From the NCBI GenBank assembly GCA_963705165.1, contig CAVPJD010000009.1:1-64000 (forward strand): a stretch of 64,000 bases of DNA, written 5' to 3'. Under the pieces are notes generated by a model. That model ran no database searches and was not told the origin of the DNA. It saw only the letters and a list, made by a program, of their open reading frames with translations. The position numbers and the translations under genes were made by a program. The DNA is from an uncultured delta proteobacterium (GTDB lineage Bacteria > Desulfobacterota > Syntrophia > Syntrophales > UBA2192). Of the stretch, positions 41,295 through 51,750 are shown one piece after another. Positions within the stretch are counted from its first letter, which is position 1. Each line of letters begins with the position of its first letter.

Positions 41295-41590
41295 ATCGGA
41301 ATTAGAGCTGCCTTTTTTAGGATCACTATACCCCGAAAAGAGCCTTTTATGAATACGAGAAACGTCTGATTTTTTCGCGCAGCAAGGCTGCTTCCATTCT
41401 CCATCACAAGGCAAGCCCATCCTGGACCGGTTCAGACTGGACCACCCGCCTTACTATCCATAATCATTGGACAATCATCTCTGCTGTGCCGGATTGGACC
41501 TGCGGAGAGGGTCTACCCCGGAGCACCCTCCAGGGCCGAAATTGACGTAATTAGCTGATTATATTGACTAATCTCGCCTGATCCGGCATC

Positions 41591-41606
41591 TGGAACAGGG
41601 CATGCT
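41591..41606 (+). promoter_or_regulatory. Putative sigma-54 (-24/-12) promoter
   Basis: TGGAACAGGGCATGCT: GG and GC at canonical spacing, about 50 nt before the ORF. Confidence 0.5.
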
Positions 41607-41653
41607 CATCGGGGAAAGCAGGAGCTCAATCATCGAGAGGATTCGTGAAGGCC

Positions 41654-41833
41654 ATGAAACCGGTGGACAGCATCAAACAAACATGGAACAGGCAGTGGCC
41701 GACAGCTTCCGATCACCAGGAGCGCGCCGAAAGGGCGGCTTATATCCTGCGTATCATGCTCTCGATGCGCCGTTCTCAGGACCGGCCGATTCAGGATGAA
41801 TATCGCGGAATCCTGTTGAATACTTACGGCTGA
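41654..41833 (+). CDS. Small hypothetical protein, 59 aa
   Basis: Between a putative sigma-54 promoter and a terminator; ends RGILLNTYG. Confidence 0.55.
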   Translation: MKPVDSIKQTWNRQWPTASDHQERAERAAYILRIMLSMRRSQDRPIQDEYRGILLNTYG

Positions 41834-41859
41834 GAAGTGTCTCCGAAAAGGGAATAGCG

Positions 41860-41893
41860 AAAAGGCAGGGCCCCTGCGGACCCTGCCTTTTTT
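41860..41893. terminator. Bidirectional terminator
   Basis: aaaaggcaggg ... ccctgcctttttt. Confidence 0.8.
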
Positions 41894-41963
41894 ATCATCC
41901 GTGATCCTCGCGCACATCGTCAGCACGCACGACAGCATCGAGCTTTCGGATATTGCCCGGGGC

Positions 41964-43292
41964 TTACTTCAGTTTCTGATCCCAGCCCTTCTTGCCCTCG
42001 GGGTCGGTCCAGCCCTGGAAGCGAAGGGCCGTGGGTAAGTCACGCACCTTCCAGTATCCGCTGTTGCTGCTGACATAAGAGCGAAGCGATTCGAGGATCG
42101 TTCCAAAGTCCTGACGGTCTTTCTCGCTTAGCTTTGCATCGGAGACCTGGCCGTTGAGGAACTGGATGGTTGCATCCCGCAGCAGCTCGAGATCGCCCTG
42201 CGGCCACTGTACCAGGATGAGGTCGTTCTCGGCGATATTGTCGCCGTCGTTGGCCGTCAGGATCTGCTGCAGCTTCGCACCCTGCTGCCGGACATTCTCG
42301 CCATAGGACGACAGGACATGGTCGCGGCCGACGCTCTTGACGAGCGCCTGCTGGGCCGGGCTCAATTTGTTCCACACATTCTTGTTGATGATCATGTAGG
42401 TGATCAGGAACTGCTGCTGCCAGCCGGGTGAGTGCACGTACCGGTTCCCCACTGTGCCGGGATTGCCCTCGGGAAGCCCGAAGAGCTGGGAGACATCATC
42501 GAGGGGGGTCGCAAATTCGAATGCCTGGAGCTGGCCGTCGGCCACGGCCTTCACGAGGGAGCCTCCCCCGGCGAGGGCCTGGATAAACTTGATGTTCTTT
42601 TTTGCAATCACCCCGCGGGCCACCAGGTTGTCACAGGCACGATCGAGGACGTACTGGGCGGGCGGCAGGTAGCGGAAAGTCCAGTTCTGCTGGCACAGGC
42701 CGGCCAGGCCGATCCCGGGCGTCGATCCGGCATTGCCGATGGGCAACTTGAAGTAGCCGGAGAGCTGCTGGCTGCTTCCGACGATGGGAACCGCCACGAT
42801 GTTCGTGCCGTTCTTGTCGAGAATTCGCTGGAGCTGGTCGAGGCCGCTCTCGGTGCCCCCGATCGATTTCCCGTAGAGAAAGCCCATGAACTCGTCAAAG
42901 GTGGGTCCGAAGGGAACGCCCGAATTGTAGATGAACCCCCATACCGCGTTGAACTCCGACCCCGAAATATAGGCGGCATCGAAACCGCTGCCCCCCGCCA
43001 GGGGGCCTCCCGCGGCAACGGCGGCCATAATGTCCTTGAATGCCTTTGGAATCGCCGGGGTCGGCGCGTACTTGGCAAACCGGACCTGTCCGGCCTGGCC
43101 GAGAGTGGTTGTCGAGATGCTCAGCAGCTTGGCGGCATATTCATCGGCGGGGGGGCCGATGGCCGCCGAGGGGCTGAAGTTGCGAAAAGTGATGTCCACC
43201 GCCGGGGCGGACTGCGCGGCTAAAAAGACCGCAAAGACAACCGCAGCAACTCCGGCACCGAAGCGCAACAGGCGATTCGAGTGAGATTTCAT
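41964..43292 (-). CDS. TRAP-type solute-binding protein (DctP/TakP-like, divergent)
   Basis: Signal peptide; GVPFG, QLSGYF, AFEF.TP.DD, PGWQQ, IN..VW.KL motifs. Confidence 0.75.
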   Translation of the reverse strand: MKSHSNRLLRFGAGVAAVVFAVFLAAQSAPAVDITFRNFSPSAAIGPPADEYAAKLLSISTTTLGQAGQVRFAKYAPTPAIPKAFKDIMAAVAAGGPLAGGSGFDAAYISGSEFNAVWGFIYNSGVPFGPTFDEFMGFLYGKSIGGTESGLDQLQRILDKNGTNIVAVPIVGSSQQLSGYFKLPIGNAGSTPGIGLAGLCQQNWTFRYLPPAQYVLDRACDNLVARGVIAKKNIKFIQALAGGGSLVKAVADGQLQAFEFATPLDDVSQLFGLPEGNPGTVGNRYVHSPGWQQQFLITYMIINKNVWNKLSPAQQALVKSVGRDHVLSSYGENVRQQGAKLQQILTANDGDNIAENDLILVQWPQGDLELLRDATIQFLNGQVSDAKLSEKDRQDFGTILESLRSYVSSNSGYWKVRDLPTALRFQGWTDPEGKKGWDQKLK

Positions 43293-43656
43293 GAAATCCC
43301 TCCTTCCTGGATTCTACAATGGGGTTTGTGGGGTTTGGTTGCCTGGGAACCGGGACATCGCATTCAACTATTGCATACAATTTAATAAACTGCCAGGGGT
43401 AGGGCGGCGGCAGCGTGTGCCCCCGAGGAGCGAAAGCGGATTATCCGTCAATCATATCAGCCTGTTCTGATGGAATCCACGGTGCCATGCCCCCCGGTCG
43501 CCGCCTGTTGGACGCAGGATGGCCCGTTTGATGCGCAATTCTGAAAATATTCTTTAAGTTCAATGCCCTCTCTTCCGAAAAATAGACGTAGGGATGTCAC
43601 GGCCCGGGATTGAATACCGGAAGCGGGGCATTTCGCTTTGGATCAAACAGGGCTGA

Positions 43657-43737
43657 AAAAGGCAAACCGCCCGAAAGGGCGGGGCGCAAAGTCTCTGGCC
43701 TACGTCCGGGAAACGGATATGGCAGCAGGATTGCCGG
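43657..43737 (+). ncRNA. c-di-GMP-I (GEMM-I) riboswitch
   Basis: GGCAAACC-gccc-GAAA-gggc-GGGGCGCAAAG ... GGCCTAC ... ATGGCAGC ... TGCCG matches the class-I consensus. Confidence 0.9.
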
Positions 43738-43985
43738 CCTGAAGCATCGCGATGCAATGGTCATCGACCGGCGACCCCAAGGGATAAGGAATCGCTCATT
43801 CCGACCTGCCACCAGATCGGATCTGCCGTGTCCCCGCACAAGATGGCCACAGACGCGCGAAGTTCTATGATGAGCCGGGATTTTGCGGCTTTTCCGCCAC
43901 GGAGAGAAAAGAAGCGCCCTCCTTCGGCGGAACCCTCGCAGCACCGGGTTGGACAGCGCTTGCAGCGGATCACGGATATACGGAT

Positions 43986-44468
43986 ATGAAGAACGGGCGG
44001 CGGGTGATCTTTTCGAATGGCGCCTTTACACTGGTCGAGCTCATGCTCGCGCTTTTTTTCTTCGCCATTGTCACGGCCATCGCCATTCCCTCCTTCAGGG
44101 GGTACATCGACAACACGAAACTGAAAGCGGCCGCCCGCCAGATCATGTCGGACATCACCGATGTGCAGCTGATGGCCAAGTCGGAAAGCGCGCAGTACAG
44201 GATCACCCTGAATGTGGATCCCGCGAACACCTACGCCCTGGAGCGTGTGACGGCCCCGGCGCAAACGCAGACGAAGACCCTGACCGAGCATGGAAGCGAC
44301 ATCCGGATCACGGCCACCACGTTCACATCCAGCCAGGTGAATTTTCAAGCGAGAGGGATCTTAAGCGAGGACAACAAGACCATCACCCTGAGAAACGGCC
44401 GGAACTCAACGGCACTGATCACCACAAACCTTGCAGGCAGGCCCCATGTTCAATTCACTCTGCAATAA
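43986..44468 (+). CDS. Type IV minor pilin, FimT/FimU (GspH-like)
   Basis: NGA|FTLVELM, AIAIPSF, LKAAARQI.SD, F..RG. Confidence 0.85.
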   Translation: MKNGRRVIFSNGAFTLVELMLALFFFAIVTAIAIPSFRGYIDNTKLKAAARQIMSDITDVQLMAKSESAQYRITLNVDPANTYALERVTAPAQTQTKTLTEHGSDIRITATTFTSSQVNFQARGILSEDNKTITLRNGRNSTALITTNLAGRPHVQFTLQ

Positions 44469-44865
44469 AAGAGGGATCACGATGATCGAGGTCCTGATCA
44501 CCCTCTTCCTGACGGCCGTCGGCATCATGGCCCTTCTGTCCATGCAGCCCATATCCTGGCAGGCGGCGGGACGGGCGGACTTCATGGGACGGGCCGCCGG
44601 AATTTTACAGAGCGAGCTGGAACGAAACGAGATCCGGATCATGAATCCCGGCAACACCGTGTCGACGGGGACGGCGAGCGCAACCGTCTATCCCAGCGGC
44701 AAGACCACAAAGCAGCAGGGCGACGTTGCCTACACGGTGGCAACAACGATCTCGTCGCTTGGCTCCAATGCCTGGCGGGTGGATGTGAGGGTGACCTGGC
44801 CGGGAAACACCCGGGGCATCGCCGAGTCGCTGACGGTGACCCGACAGGAGACATACCGGCAATGA
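44446..44865 (+). CDS. pilV: Type IV minor pilin PilV-like
   Basis: KRG|ITMIEVLI prepilin motif; V.VTW; operon position. Confidence 0.8.
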   Translation: MFNSLCNKRGITMIEVLITLFLTAVGIMALLSMQPISWQAAGRADFMGRAAGILQSELERNEIRIMNPGNTVSTGTASATVYPSGKTTKQQGDVAYTVATTISSLGSNAWRVDVRVTWPGNTRGIAESLTVTRQETYRQ

Positions 44866-45584
44866 TGAGGAGGCGGAAAGGCAACAGGGGGTTTACGATC
44901 GTCGAATGCGTCGTCGCCGTCGCCGTGGGAATGACGATCCTCGGCGCCGTGTATGCGGCGGTCTGGTCGGGCCAGCGCTCCGCCACGGGCATCGACCGCA
45001 AGGTCACGACCGGCCAGGACGCGCGGGCGGCCCTGGAAGTGATGGCCATGGAGATGCGCATGGCCTCCTACAACCCGTTTTACGCGGCGAACCCCTGGAC
45101 GGACATCACCAACTGCAACGCAGGCAATGCGACCCGGCGGGGTGTCCAGAATGCGGCCGGCAGCACGATCCAGATCCAGATGGATCTCAACGGCAGCGGC
45201 TCCTGCGGGGAAGCGGGGGCGGCAAACGAAATCATCGTGTATGCCCTGGACACGGCGAATCAGCGCATCACGAGGGAAACATGGACCTGCTCGGGCGCGC
45301 CGGCTTCGGGGGGCCTCCAGTCTTTTCTCGGAGGGGCGGCCGGGGAGGTGAAGACGGTCCGGGTGGTTAATAATGATGTTGCGATCCCCCTTTTCCGCTA
45401 CTACGACAGCGCGGGCACCGACATCACGAGCAGTCTGCCGGGCGCGATCGGCCAGATCCGGCGGATCGAGATCACCTTCGTCGTGGACAGCGAGAACGTC
45501 GACCCCTCTCTGGGCGGGTCGCAGCGGCGCAGGCTGATCTACTCGACCAGCGTGGTTCCGAGGAATCACGGCATTCAATTCTGA
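44862..45584 (+). CDS. pilW: Type IV minor pilin PilW-like
   Basis: RG|FTIVE, QDARAALEVM..EMRMA.Y, FRYYD, PRN. Confidence 0.82.
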   Translation: MMRRRKGNRGFTIVECVVAVAVGMTILGAVYAAVWSGQRSATGIDRKVTTGQDARAALEVMAMEMRMASYNPFYAANPWTDITNCNAGNATRRGVQNAAGSTIQIQMDLNGSGSCGEAGAANEIIVYALDTANQRITRETWTCSGAPASGGLQSFLGGAAGEVKTVRVVNNDVAIPLFRYYDSAGTDITSSLPGAIGQIRRIEITFVVDSENVDPSLGGSQRRRLIYSTSVVPRNHGIQF

Positions 45585-45599
45585 AAAGGCGATGACGGA

Positions 45600-46076
45600 A
45601 TGAAAAAATGCTTGCGGGAAAACGGTTTTGCCCTCATCGCGGCCCTTCTGGCCAACCTGATCCTCCTGGCCGTCGGGATCCTGGCCGTCAATCTCTCCAG
45701 CGGGGATATCCGGATCAGCATGAGGGCCGTGGGCGACAAGAAGGCCCTCAACGCCGCCGAGACGGGCGTGCACGAACTCTCGCGGCTTTTCGACCCGGCG
45801 ACGGCATTCAACGGCACGGTATTCCCCGTGAGCTATCGGGCGCTCAGCGGCGGGCACGATTCGACGACGCAGTATTCGATCGCCCAGCCGATCGTGCCCC
45901 CCACAGGGCCGTCCACCCTGCAGCTGAACGGATACGCCATCGGGGGGGCGCAGATGTGGGGGCAGACCCGGTACGGCACAACGGTCACGGGGAGAAACAC
46001 GGCATATAACACGAACGTGACCGTCGATGTCGAGGTCGGCTTCGGCCCCATCGAGATCTCCACCATGTCCAGATAG
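45600..46076 (+). CDS. pilX: Type IV minor pilin PilX-like
   Basis: ENG|FALIAAL lacking E5; ALNAAETG. Confidence 0.82.
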   Translation: MKKCLRENGFALIAALLANLILLAVGILAVNLSSGDIRISMRAVGDKKALNAAETGVHELSRLFDPATAFNGTVFPVSYRALSGGHDSTTQYSIAQPIVPPTGPSTLQLNGYAIGGAQMWGQTRYGTTVTGRNTAYNTNVTVDVEVGFGPIEISTMSR

Positions 46077-46085
46077 GAGCGTTCT

Positions 46086-49085
46086 ATGACCCTGCGGAAA
46101 CGGTTTGCGGCAACCCTGCTTTTGATCGCGTGCACCCTCGCTCCCCTGCAGGGGTTCTGCGCCGATGAAACGGCCCTCTTCAACTCCACGCCGCCGGACG
46201 TGCTGATCATGCTCGATCTGTCCGGCAGCATGAAGCGAAACCCGGCGGGCATTTTTCAAACGTACGGTAACGAAGACTGCTCGATCGTCGACGGGATGGG
46301 CTTTACCGACTGCCGGCGCTATATCATCGCCAAGCGGGCCGTCTTCAACCTGCTCGACGACAACCGGGACGGCAAGATCGACTCGAGCGACGAGACGAGC
46401 CTCAACATCCGGGTGGGCTATGTCGCGTACTACCTGGCTTTGGACTTCGTGACCGAGGTGACGGGTATCCGCAGGGCGATCGGCACCCCCTACGCCGACC
46501 TGTACTGCAACTCCAACGGCAACAGCACGGCCTGCACGAAGACCAAGGAGGATTCGGCGTGCGACACCATGGCCGCGGCCGGCAAGCCCATGAGCTTCTA
46601 TTGCGAGAAGACCAACTCCGACACCCCCATGAACAGCGCCCTGCGGGACGCGAGAACCTACCTCGACACACACAAGGCCGCCGATCCCTCGAAGGACTGC
46701 CGGCAGAAGTTCGTCATCCTCATCTCCGACGGCGGCGACACCCATTCCTGCGATTACGGCGACGGAACGGCCCCTACGCAGTACAAGCAGCGGAGGCTCT
46801 CCGTCCTGCGGGCCAAGGCCCTGAAGGATGCCGGCTACAAGGTCTTCGTCGTTGGCTTCGGCTCCAACGCGCCGTCCCATGAAAAGTACACCCTCGAGTG
46901 GATGGCATACCATTCAGGGACGGACAACCCCCTGGCGGCAAACGTGGGCAGCACATCGGCCCTGAACCTCGCCGCCTTCTCGCCGGACCCCTGCTCGGTC
47001 ACGGAGACGCAGGTCACCGGTACCTGCAATGGATTGGGGGCATGCTTTGCCGTCAACAACGACCCGGGAAACATTGCCCTGTCGGGATACGCCTTCATGG
47101 CCAACAACGGCGCCGAGCTACAGACGGCCCTCAAGCAGGCCATCGGCGTCATCCGCGAGTCGAGCCAGTCCTTCGCGACGGCCTCCATCGCGTCGGCCCG
47201 CGCCGCTGATGAAAACTACATATACGAGGCCTCCTTTCAGCCTGTCGGCACGGACCCCACCTGGACGGGGCATCTGCAGAAATACACCCTCAACGCCGAC
47301 GGGACCGTGGCCGCCGCCCTCTGGGATGCGGGGACCCTCCTCAAAAGCAAGGATCCGGCGAGCCGGAACATTTACACCTACAAGGGCTCGAACCCCCTGA
47401 CGGCGTTCACCTCCGCAAACATCACGACGACGGATCTGGGCCTTGCCTCGACGGAAACGACCTGGCGCACCGAGATCGTCGGCTACATCCGCGGGGAAAG
47501 CGCCTACAACGTGGACAACTGGAAGCTGGGGGACATCTTCCGCTCCTCGCCGATCACGGTGGGGACGCCGACCCAATACTTCCAGGACCGCTACGACGCC
47601 GCCAACCCGACCGCGTACGACACCTTCCGGGCGACCAACCTGCGGACCTCGGTCAACGGCAAGAGGATCATCGTGGCCGGGGCCAACGACGGCCAGCTTC
47701 ACGCCTTCAAGACGAGCGACGGCACGGAGGCCTGGAGCTTCATCCCGCCGAACTTCCTGCACAAGCTCAAGAACATCGCCCACAAGGCGCACCCGACGGG
47801 GCTTTCCCACCAGTACTTTGTCGACGGGCCCATCACGGTGGCCGACGTGTGGCTGCCGGCAAGCCCACCGGGCGTCCCCGCAGCAAAGCTCCTCGCGGAC
47901 TGGAGGACGCTGCTGATTCTGGGCGAAGGCCGCGGCGCCATGAGTTACCTCTGGAGCTCCTCGTCCACTTGCACCTCCGGCTTCGACAGCAGCTACTCGA
48001 CGACCTACCCCTACTACTGCGGCTACCACGCCCTGGACATCACGAACACGACGGCCGCGCCCACCTACAGATGGCGGATCGGCCCGACTGCGGCCCAGGC
48101 GCCCTACCTGGGCGAGCCCTGGAGCAAGATCTATGTGGGCCGGGTGAAGATCAACGGCAGCGAGAAGTGGGTCGGCTTCATGGGGGGCGGGCACAACCTT
48201 TCCTCCTGCTCGACAACGGACTGCGACAAGAGGGGGAAGGGCTTCTTCGTCATCGACCTTGCCGACGGCAGCATCCTATGGAGCTATACCCTGCAGGGCG
48301 ACACCAACATGAGCTCTGCCCTGCCGGGCTCGACGGCCATGGTCGACACGGATAACGACGGTTATATCGACCGGGTCTACATCGGCGATCTCGGCGGGAC
48401 GATGTGGCGCTTCAACTTCTGCTCGTATTACAGCGGGGCCTCCTGCAATACGGCTAACTGGACGGGCGGGCGGCTCTTTTCGGGCACGGCAGGCGCCGTC
48501 TACTCGATCCCCTCGGTGGCCAAGGACGCCAAAGGAAATTTCTGGGTCTTCTGGGGCTCCGGCGACAAGGTGGATGTGACGGGCACCACCGGTGCGAACA
48601 AATTCTACGCCGTGAAGGATGCCGATGCGGCGACCCCCCGGGTACTTGCCGACCTCATCGACATCACCTCGAGCACGTATGCGGACAGCGACACCCGGAA
48701 GGGCTGGTATGTCCGCCTGGCGGGCACCGGGGAGAAGGTGCTGGGCGATTCGGCAGTCTTCGGCGGGGTCGTCTACTTCACCTCCTTCACCCCCGATGCA
48801 GGGGGGGCCAGCGCCTGCAGCTCGGGCGGATCGGGGAAACTCTACGGGATCGATTTTATCGGGGGCACGGGAATCATGCCGAGCTCGGCGAAGAGCATGA
48901 GCCTCGGGGGGGGCGTCCCCTCGGCTCCGGTGATCTCCTACAATCCCAGCACGAACACGCCGGACCTGTTCGTGACGGCAAGCAGCGCCACGGGCGGGGT
49001 GCACTCACGTCGGGTCGCGATCAACCCGCCGGCCATGTCGAACCGGGCCAACATCCTGCTGTGGCGCGACAGGCGGATCCAGTAG
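46086..49085 (+). CDS. pilY1: PilY1/PilC pilus tip adhesin (vWA + beta-propeller)
   Basis: Signal peptide; DLSGSM, ILISDG; WTGHL, LGDI..S.P, GANDG.LHAF, E.W.FIP, YFVDG, DTDNDGYID Ca loop, GWY, C-terminal WR. Confidence 0.93.
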   Translation: MTLRKRFAATLLLIACTLAPLQGFCADETALFNSTPPDVLIMLDLSGSMKRNPAGIFQTYGNEDCSIVDGMGFTDCRRYIIAKRAVFNLLDDNRDGKIDSSDETSLNIRVGYVAYYLALDFVTEVTGIRRAIGTPYADLYCNSNGNSTACTKTKEDSACDTMAAAGKPMSFYCEKTNSDTPMNSALRDARTYLDTHKAADPSKDCRQKFVILISDGGDTHSCDYGDGTAPTQYKQRRLSVLRAKALKDAGYKVFVVGFGSNAPSHEKYTLEWMAYHSGTDNPLAANVGSTSALNLAAFSPDPCSVTETQVTGTCNGLGACFAVNNDPGNIALSGYAFMANNGAELQTALKQAIGVIRESSQSFATASIASARAADENYIYEASFQPVGTDPTWTGHLQKYTLNADGTVAAALWDAGTLLKSKDPASRNIYTYKGSNPLTAFTSANITTTDLGLASTETTWRTEIVGYIRGESAYNVDNWKLGDIFRSSPITVGTPTQYFQDRYDAANPTAYDTFRATNLRTSVNGKRIIVAGANDGQLHAFKTSDGTEAWSFIPPNFLHKLKNIAHKAHPTGLSHQYFVDGPITVADVWLPASPPGVPAAKLLADWRTLLILGEGRGAMSYLWSSSSTCTSGFDSSYSTTYPYYCGYHALDITNTTAAPTYRWRIGPTAAQAPYLGEPWSKIYVGRVKINGSEKWVGFMGGGHNLSSCSTTDCDKRGKGFFVIDLADGSILWSYTLQGDTNMSSALPGSTAMVDTDNDGYIDRVYIGDLGGTMWRFNFCSYYSGASCNTANWTGGRLFSGTAGAVYSIPSVAKDAKGNFWVFWGSGDKVDVTGTTGANKFYAVKDADAATPRVLADLIDITSSTYADSDTRKGWYVRLAGTGEKVLGDSAVFGGVVYFTSFTPDAGGASACSSGGSGKLYGIDFIGGTGIMPSSAKSMSLGGGVPSAPVISYNPSTNTPDLFVTASSATGGVHSRRVAINPPAMSNRANILLWRDRRIQ

Positions 49086-49365
49086 CGTCGACGGCCGGAC
49101 CCAGGGGCACAACGCCCCGGGAGGCGTCAGACAAAAAAAGGGGGCGGGCCGGCTCTTCGCGGCCCTTCCTTTTGCGGCCTGCCGGGCGATCGGGCGGGCA
49201 GGAATCCGGGATTCGCCCTTGACATCGGGACGATCTGCTGCGGGCTCAAAGGGGTCGTGAAAGACGGCGGGAAGGCCTCGAAGACAAAATGTACACCATC
49301 ACGGGCGGCCACTTCTCGAAGCAAAACGTGATCGACAGCATCCTCGGAAAAGGCTGACGCAGATC

Positions 49366-50289
49366 CTAAAAATCCTGGAGCCTGGGGATCCGGATGACGT
49401 GCAGGTAATTTTCCAGGCCCACGGCCTTGAACTTCTCCGTCACGATCGCCTCCAGCGTACGCGTCACGTCGGTGCCGGGCCTCGGCACCTGGCATTTCAG
49501 GACGAGCCGGTTGTTGTTTTTCCGGAAGCTGGCTTCCACGGTGTCGTGGGCCAGGTGCACGATGCCCGCGAGCGAGACGTGATTTTCCTCCACGATCAGA
49601 TTGCGGGCCAACAGCGCGGTCCGGACATACTCGGGCAGGCAATACCGCGCGACGATCTTGTCCGCGAGATAGGGGTGATAGGTTTCGATGAACTCGTCGT
49701 CCAGCTTTTCGTTTTCGCCGGCAAATTTTCGATTGTAGATGACCAGGAACTTCCTGCCGATCTCCAGGAAGAAGCCGCACAGCTCGGCCTTCTTGATGCC
49801 GTCTTCCCGAAACCCCATCTGGCCTGCCAGGATCTCGGCCATGACCGATGTGGCATAGGAGCGGGCAAAGATCGTCTCGACCTCCGGGTCCGTGAGCCCT
49901 GCATGCTGGTTGGTCAGGACGATGATCAGCGCTTTCGTCCGGTGCATGCCGAGACAATTGATCACATCGTAGAAGCTGCCCACATTGCCGCGCCGCAGCG
50001 ACCCGATATACACTGAGCTGGCGATCGCCTTGAGCCGCAGGCGGATGGCTTCGTTGATCTTGAACTCGATCCCCTCGATCTCCCGCCGGCCCGCGTTGAT
50101 GTCATCGAGCGTCGAGAAGACCTCGGGAGAGATCGATGCGGCAAGAACCTTCCTGGCCAGCGTGTCGTCGATGGCGTCGATCAGCCTGAAGGCCTCGTCT
50201 ACGTCCACAGCCCTATCCTTTTCCGGCGCAAAGGAACCGGAAATCACGGGGATTTCTTCCTTGCCGGAAAGGATTACTGCACGATTCAT
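49366..50289 (-). CDS. HDOD-like signalling protein; start uncertain
   Basis: IASSVY, VINCLGM, RSYATS, LCGFFLEIG, ETYHPY (degenerate HDOD motifs). Confidence 0.65.
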   Translation of the reverse strand: MNRAVILSGKEEIPVISGSFAPEKDRAVDVDEAFRLIDAIDDTLARKVLAASISPEVFSTLDDINAGRREIEGIEFKINEAIRLRLKAIASSVYIGSLRRGNVGSFYDVINCLGMHRTKALIIVLTNQHAGLTDPEVETIFARSYATSVMAEILAGQMGFREDGIKKAELCGFFLEIGRKFLVIYNRKFAGENEKLDDEFIETYHPYLADKIVARYCLPEYVRTALLARNLIVEENHVSLAGIVHLAHDTVEASFRKNNNRLVLKCQVPRPGTDVTRTLEAIVTEKFKAVGLENYLHVIRIPRLQDF

Positions 50290-50465
50290 ACCCAGGTCGC
50301 ACGGGGAGCAGGCGCATGGCACCGGTCCTGCAAGGACACAGGCTCGATCCGGACGCGGGACGCATCCCGGATCGGCAAATAATCCTTGACAGGCACTGCC
50401 CCGGCCGTTACCTGTTTGCAGGCGTGCAGGCCGACGAATCCATAACCAATCCGGGAGGGAAACCG

Positions 50466-51719
50466 ATGGTCAGAACCCCGTTACGACGTTTCATCCTGCT
50501 CGCCGCTGCTCTTTTGCTCATCCCCGCCGCTCCCGCCGGGGCCCAGAAAATCGACGACCTGGCTCACGCCAACAAGATCGAGTACAACGCCTGTAAGTAT
50601 AAGGCGGCCCAGATGCGCGACGAGGCCCGGCATTATGACCGAGCGAGGGCCGATCTGCCCGGCATGGAAAAGCAGGCCGCCGATCTTCAGGCAAAGCTCG
50701 ACGTCCTGAATCCCAAGTACCAAAGCTACACGGCCCTGATGGAAGAGCAGAAGACACTCAACAGCGAACTGCCGAAGGTGGAGAAGGAGTGCCAGGAGGC
50801 CTGGATCTCTTCGTTGTCGAGTGCATGCACACGGCGCAATCAGATCACCAAAAGGCTCTACGAGGAGATCAACCCCGAGCTTGCCCGCCTGAGAGCTCAA
50901 ATGCCCTCCCTCGGAGAAGAGCGGAATAAGGTTGAGGACACACTGTCCGTTATCAAGATGAACCTGCAGTCCCATCAGAACTACCTGGCCCGGACAACCC
51001 GCCCCACGGACCAGCAGATTGCGGAGCAGGACGGGAAGTGCCAGCTGATGGAGCTCTCGATGGGCCTCGATTCCAAAGCGTCGACGTCAACGGTGACCAT
51101 TGCCACGTCGGCGTCGGAGGGGATGGTCTGGGATGAAATCACTTTCGGGGCATTGCTCTCCCCCAAAGATCCCCGGGCCCAGTATGGTTATGTGTGGAGC
51201 CTCAACGGCAAGGTCGTCGGCGGCAACACGGCCAGCGTGAAAACGAACATTCCGAGCGAAGGCGTCAATACCGTCCGGGTCGTGGCCTGGCGGTGGACGG
51301 GCAGGCAGTGGGTCAAGACCGCCGAAGCCGCGCGGGACATCACAGGGAAGGCCCGCGTGCAGCAGACGGTGTCCATCACCGGCCCCGCCAGTGTGCTGAT
51401 CCAGGACCAGCCAAAGACAGTAATCTTCGAGGCCAGGATCATCCCCGAAGTCCCCAATGAGCAATACGGGTTCACCTGGGGCGCCTCGGGGGGACCGAGA
51501 GGCCCCATGACCTTCAACAGCTACACGAAGACGCAGAGCCTGTCGGCCTCGACGCCCGGCCGTTACGACATCCTGGTTCATGCGTGGAAGCTCGTCAACG
51601 GCAAGTGGCTCCTCATCGCGAAGGCCTCGCTGCCCTTCACGATCGAAAAGACGGCATCGGCCCCGCCCACGGGGAGACAGCTTTCGACCCCGAGAGGCCT
51701 GACCTCTCCGGGGCGCTGA
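50466..51719 (+). CDS. Secreted protein: coiled coil plus two tandem PKD/Ig-like repeats
   Basis: Signal peptide ending AGA-Q; helical region with Cys pairs; two repeats of QYG(Y/F).W...V.AW.....W...A.A. Confidence 0.75.
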   Translation: MVRTPLRRFILLAAALLLIPAAPAGAQKIDDLAHANKIEYNACKYKAAQMRDEARHYDRARADLPGMEKQAADLQAKLDVLNPKYQSYTALMEEQKTLNSELPKVEKECQEAWISSLSSACTRRNQITKRLYEEINPELARLRAQMPSLGEERNKVEDTLSVIKMNLQSHQNYLARTTRPTDQQIAEQDGKCQLMELSMGLDSKASTSTVTIATSASEGMVWDEITFGALLSPKDPRAQYGYVWSLNGKVVGGNTASVKTNIPSEGVNTVRVVAWRWTGRQWVKTAEAARDITGKARVQQTVSITGPASVLIQDQPKTVIFEARIIPEVPNEQYGFTWGASGGPRGPMTFNSYTKTQSLSASTPGRYDILVHAWKLVNGKWLLIAKASLPFTIEKTASAPPTGRQLSTPRGLTSPGR

Positions 51720-51750
51720 CCGCGAATATCCCGCAAGGAGATCTGCCTCG

